A stretch of 32,000 nt of DNA from Formosa sp. Hel1_33_131 (GTDB lineage: Bacteria > Bacteroidota > Bacteroidia > Flavobacteriales > Flavobacteriaceae), in the NCBI RefSeq assembly GCF_001735745.1, contig NZ_CP017260.1, positions 30,001-62,000 of the forward strand, given 5' to 3'. Position 1 is the stretch's first letter, and every line of letters begins with the position of its first letter. This document shows positions 30,620-32,000 of this stretch, one piece after another. The notes beneath the pieces were generated by a model. The model was not told where the DNA came from, made no database searches, and worked only from the letters and a program-made list of their open reading frames with translations. A program made the position numbers and the translations under genes.

Positions 30620-30641
30620 ATATGTGTAGCGAATCACATAT
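30620..30641. repeat. Inverted repeat ATATGTG-N8-CACATAT
   Basis: Perfect 7-bp arms (30620-30626 / 30635-30641) lie immediately upstream of the -7 box. The spacer/arm 8-mer CGAATCAC (30630-30637) recurs at 30708-30715. Confidence 0.5.
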
Positions 30642-30820
30642 AACTATTTCATAATATATATTTATATTATATTTATTTTTAATAACTTTATTCTATATAA
30701 CACGTTTCGAATCACTACTTTTTAAAGTACAAACATACAATGAATTACCCTAAAATTATGAACACTCACAAATTTGGAACACTTATTGAATGCTTATAAA
30801 AAACTAGGAAAGCGCAATTT

Positions 30821-30828
30821 TATATTTG
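30821..30828 (+). promoter_or_regulatory. -7 box (TATATTTG) for the 224-aa secreted protein gene
   Basis: Exact TAnnTTTG match 52 nt upstream of the ATG at 30880. It is bracketed by the short inverted repeat AGCGC...GCGCT. Confidence 0.35.
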
Positions 30829-30879
30829 GCGCTGTACAAGAAAGTTAACAATCAAATCAATACCTTTACAACTTAAGAA

Positions 30880-31554
30880 ATGCCAATACACTTTATGAAT
30901 CGAAGTTTGATGCTGTTACTGTTATTAATTGGAATGCAACATGCGGTGTATTCACAGCTAGATACCAATCAAGAAACATTTCGGATCAAAGCATTGGCAT
31001 TAGAGCGCAATCCGCTGTCCGATCAGTTTCCTTTGACGCTCTCTCCTATTGTGGGATTGACCGATAAAGGATTTGAAATCACCATGGGCATCAAACCGAT
31101 TGATGGCTTTGCAAAAAAAAAATATGGCATCACCGAAACGCGCGATGTGGTAGATCCTACTTGGGAGATCAAACAACAATTTAATGAGAATCACAAAGAC
31201 GTTTCTAAGTTTTCGAGGAATTACTATCTCGGCGACATTAAAACCAAATCCAAATACATTCGTATCCTCTGTCGAGATCACGAATATGAAGACGGCGATC
31301 GGATTAAATTAATGCTCAATAAAGCCATCATTCATCCGAATATTACCCTTCGTAATTCGGCCTATATTATTGACATCGAATTAAAAGAAGGGTTAAATAC
31401 CATTGAATTTATCGCACTTAACGAAGGAAGCTCCAGTCCCAACACCGCCCAGCTAAAGGTGTATAATGAAAGTGATAGCCTCATCGGCTCCGGAGAATGG
31501 TTATTGACCACGGGCTATAAAGCAAGCTTGATTGTATTGAGGGAGACTTTTTAG
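30880..31554 (+). CDS. Hypothetical secreted protein
   Basis: 224 aa. N-terminal signal peptide (MNRSLMLLLLLIGMQHAVYSQ), no lipobox Cys and no further hydrophobic segment. No family recognised. Confidence 0.6.
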   Translation: MPIHFMNRSLMLLLLLIGMQHAVYSQLDTNQETFRIKALALERNPLSDQFPLTLSPIVGLTDKGFEITMGIKPIDGFAKKKYGITETRDVVDPTWEIKQQFNENHKDVSKFSRNYYLGDIKTKSKYIRILCRDHEYEDGDRIKLMLNKAIIHPNITLRNSAYIIDIELKEGLNTIEFIALNEGSSSPNTAQLKVYNESDSLIGSGEWLLTTGYKASLIVLRETF

Positions 31555-31604
31555 TTTTAGATACGAGTTCTCGGTTAGGTAATTGCCTCCAACACATATA
31601 CAAA

Positions 31605-31626
31605 ACAAGGGAGTGAACTCCCTTGT
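31605..31626. other. Stable hairpin (possible terminator, strand ambiguous)
   Basis: 9-bp stem ACAAGGGAG/CTCCCTTGT with loop TGAA. The short T-tract is on the minus-strand side (TTTTG) and there is none on the plus side. Confidence 0.45.
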
Positions 31627-31633
31627 GAAAAGC

Positions 31634-31661
31634 CACTTCGACCATTTCTAAAGGTCAAGTG
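31634..31661. other. Second hairpin
   Basis: CACTTCGACC / GGTCAAGTG gives 9 bp with one bulged C and a 9-nt loop. Confidence 0.35.
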
Positions 31662-31703
31662 ATTAACTCTTTCCCATTTTTAGCGTCTTAATCTTAAAAT
31701 TTA

Positions 31704-31711
31704 TATATTTG
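31704..31711 (+). promoter_or_regulatory. -7 box (TATATTTG) possibly serving the downstream lipoprotein gene
   Basis: Exact TAnnTTTG match, but 126 nt upstream of the ATG at 31837. That is a longer leader than elsewhere in the window. Confidence 0.3.
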
Positions 31712-31836
31712 GAACAAGAACCTTCCCAAATCGGGTTCCGACTCTTATGACAAACCTGCGCTCTTTTCAACAAAAGCATCTGTTAGTATTTCAGCAATTT
31801 TTTCTTTGCTCACTACATAATTTAAAAAAATAAAAA

Positions 31837-32000
31837 ATGTACAGAAATAGAATAATCTTTTTGATGGCTTTTAGTTTACTATTTGTAAGTTGTAAAAAAA
31901 GTAACAATGAATTGAATTTTATAGAATTCTCATCTTATGAATGTTTTGGGAATTGCCCAGTTATGGATATTAAAGTTCTTAACGATACATTATACGTGAA
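31837..32000 (+). CDS. Hypothetical lipoprotein, 3' end outside the window
   Basis: Hand translation: MYRNRIIFLMAFSLLFVSCKKSNNELNFIEFSSYECFGNCPVMDIKVLNDTLYV... It has a lipobox LFVSC and a CFGNCPV motif. The frame is open to the window edge. Confidence 0.6.
   Translation, partial: MYRNRIIFLMAFSLLFVSCKKSNNELNFIEFSSYECFGNCPVMDIKVLNDTLYV

Noticed and set aside
30700-30716. TTCGAATC sequence resembling a tRNA T-loop
   Set aside because: There is no complementary T-stem, acceptor stem or anticodon arm around it. It is better explained as the second copy of the CGAATCAC repeat.
31663-31833. 38-codon minus-strand and 28-codon plus-strand ORFs in the 31.6-31.8 kb spacer
   Set aside because: I did not call them as features because they are very short and mutually overlapping. 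The minus-strand ORF lacks a promoter match. I kept them only as hypotheses inside a finding.

Overview
This is a low-GC, tightly packed chromosomal segment that looks like a Bacteroidota (Flavobacteriia-type) core region. About 15 gene starts have an exact TAnnTTTG -7 box within roughly 45 nt upstream, and the starts I inspected lack a Shine-Dalgarno sequence. Most proteins are recognisable housekeeping enzymes. Gene order: tsaE (5'-truncated), AlaDH/PNT-family dehydrogenase, small anchored protein, proline dehydrogenase, aroB, Lrp/AsnC regulator, M14 carboxypeptidase, XRE-like HTH protein, lipoprotein, parC-parE, ychF, stand-alone TonB-dependent receptor, ferredoxin, LuxC-like acyl-CoA reductase, serC-serA, two membrane proteins, msrA, LolD-like ABC ATPase, TIGR02757-like protein, RNase Z, orf107, pyrB, pyrR, DUF4870-like protein, TauE/SafE permease, YdiJ-type FAD/Fe-S oxidoreductase. 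The window ends in a more AT-rich, loosely packed block of genes I cannot assign (29.7-32.0 kb). I saw no rRNA, tRNA, CRISPR array, transposase, integrase or recognisable defence gene. I cannot honestly identify a convincing novel multi-gene system here. The best follow-up candidates are: (i) a five-copy palindromic 14-mer array between the M14 peptidase and HTH genes; (ii) an orphan peptide + 188-aa (TTG-start, methionine-free) gene pair with a palindrome next to its promoter; (iii) interlocked divergent promoters forming a perfect 12-bp palindrome between the ferredoxin and acyl-CoA reductase genes; (iv) two tightly coupled operons that embed unknown proteins (pyrR-pyrB-orf107-rnz and YdiJ-like/TauE). 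All functional calls rest on motif recognition by eye. No database search was run.
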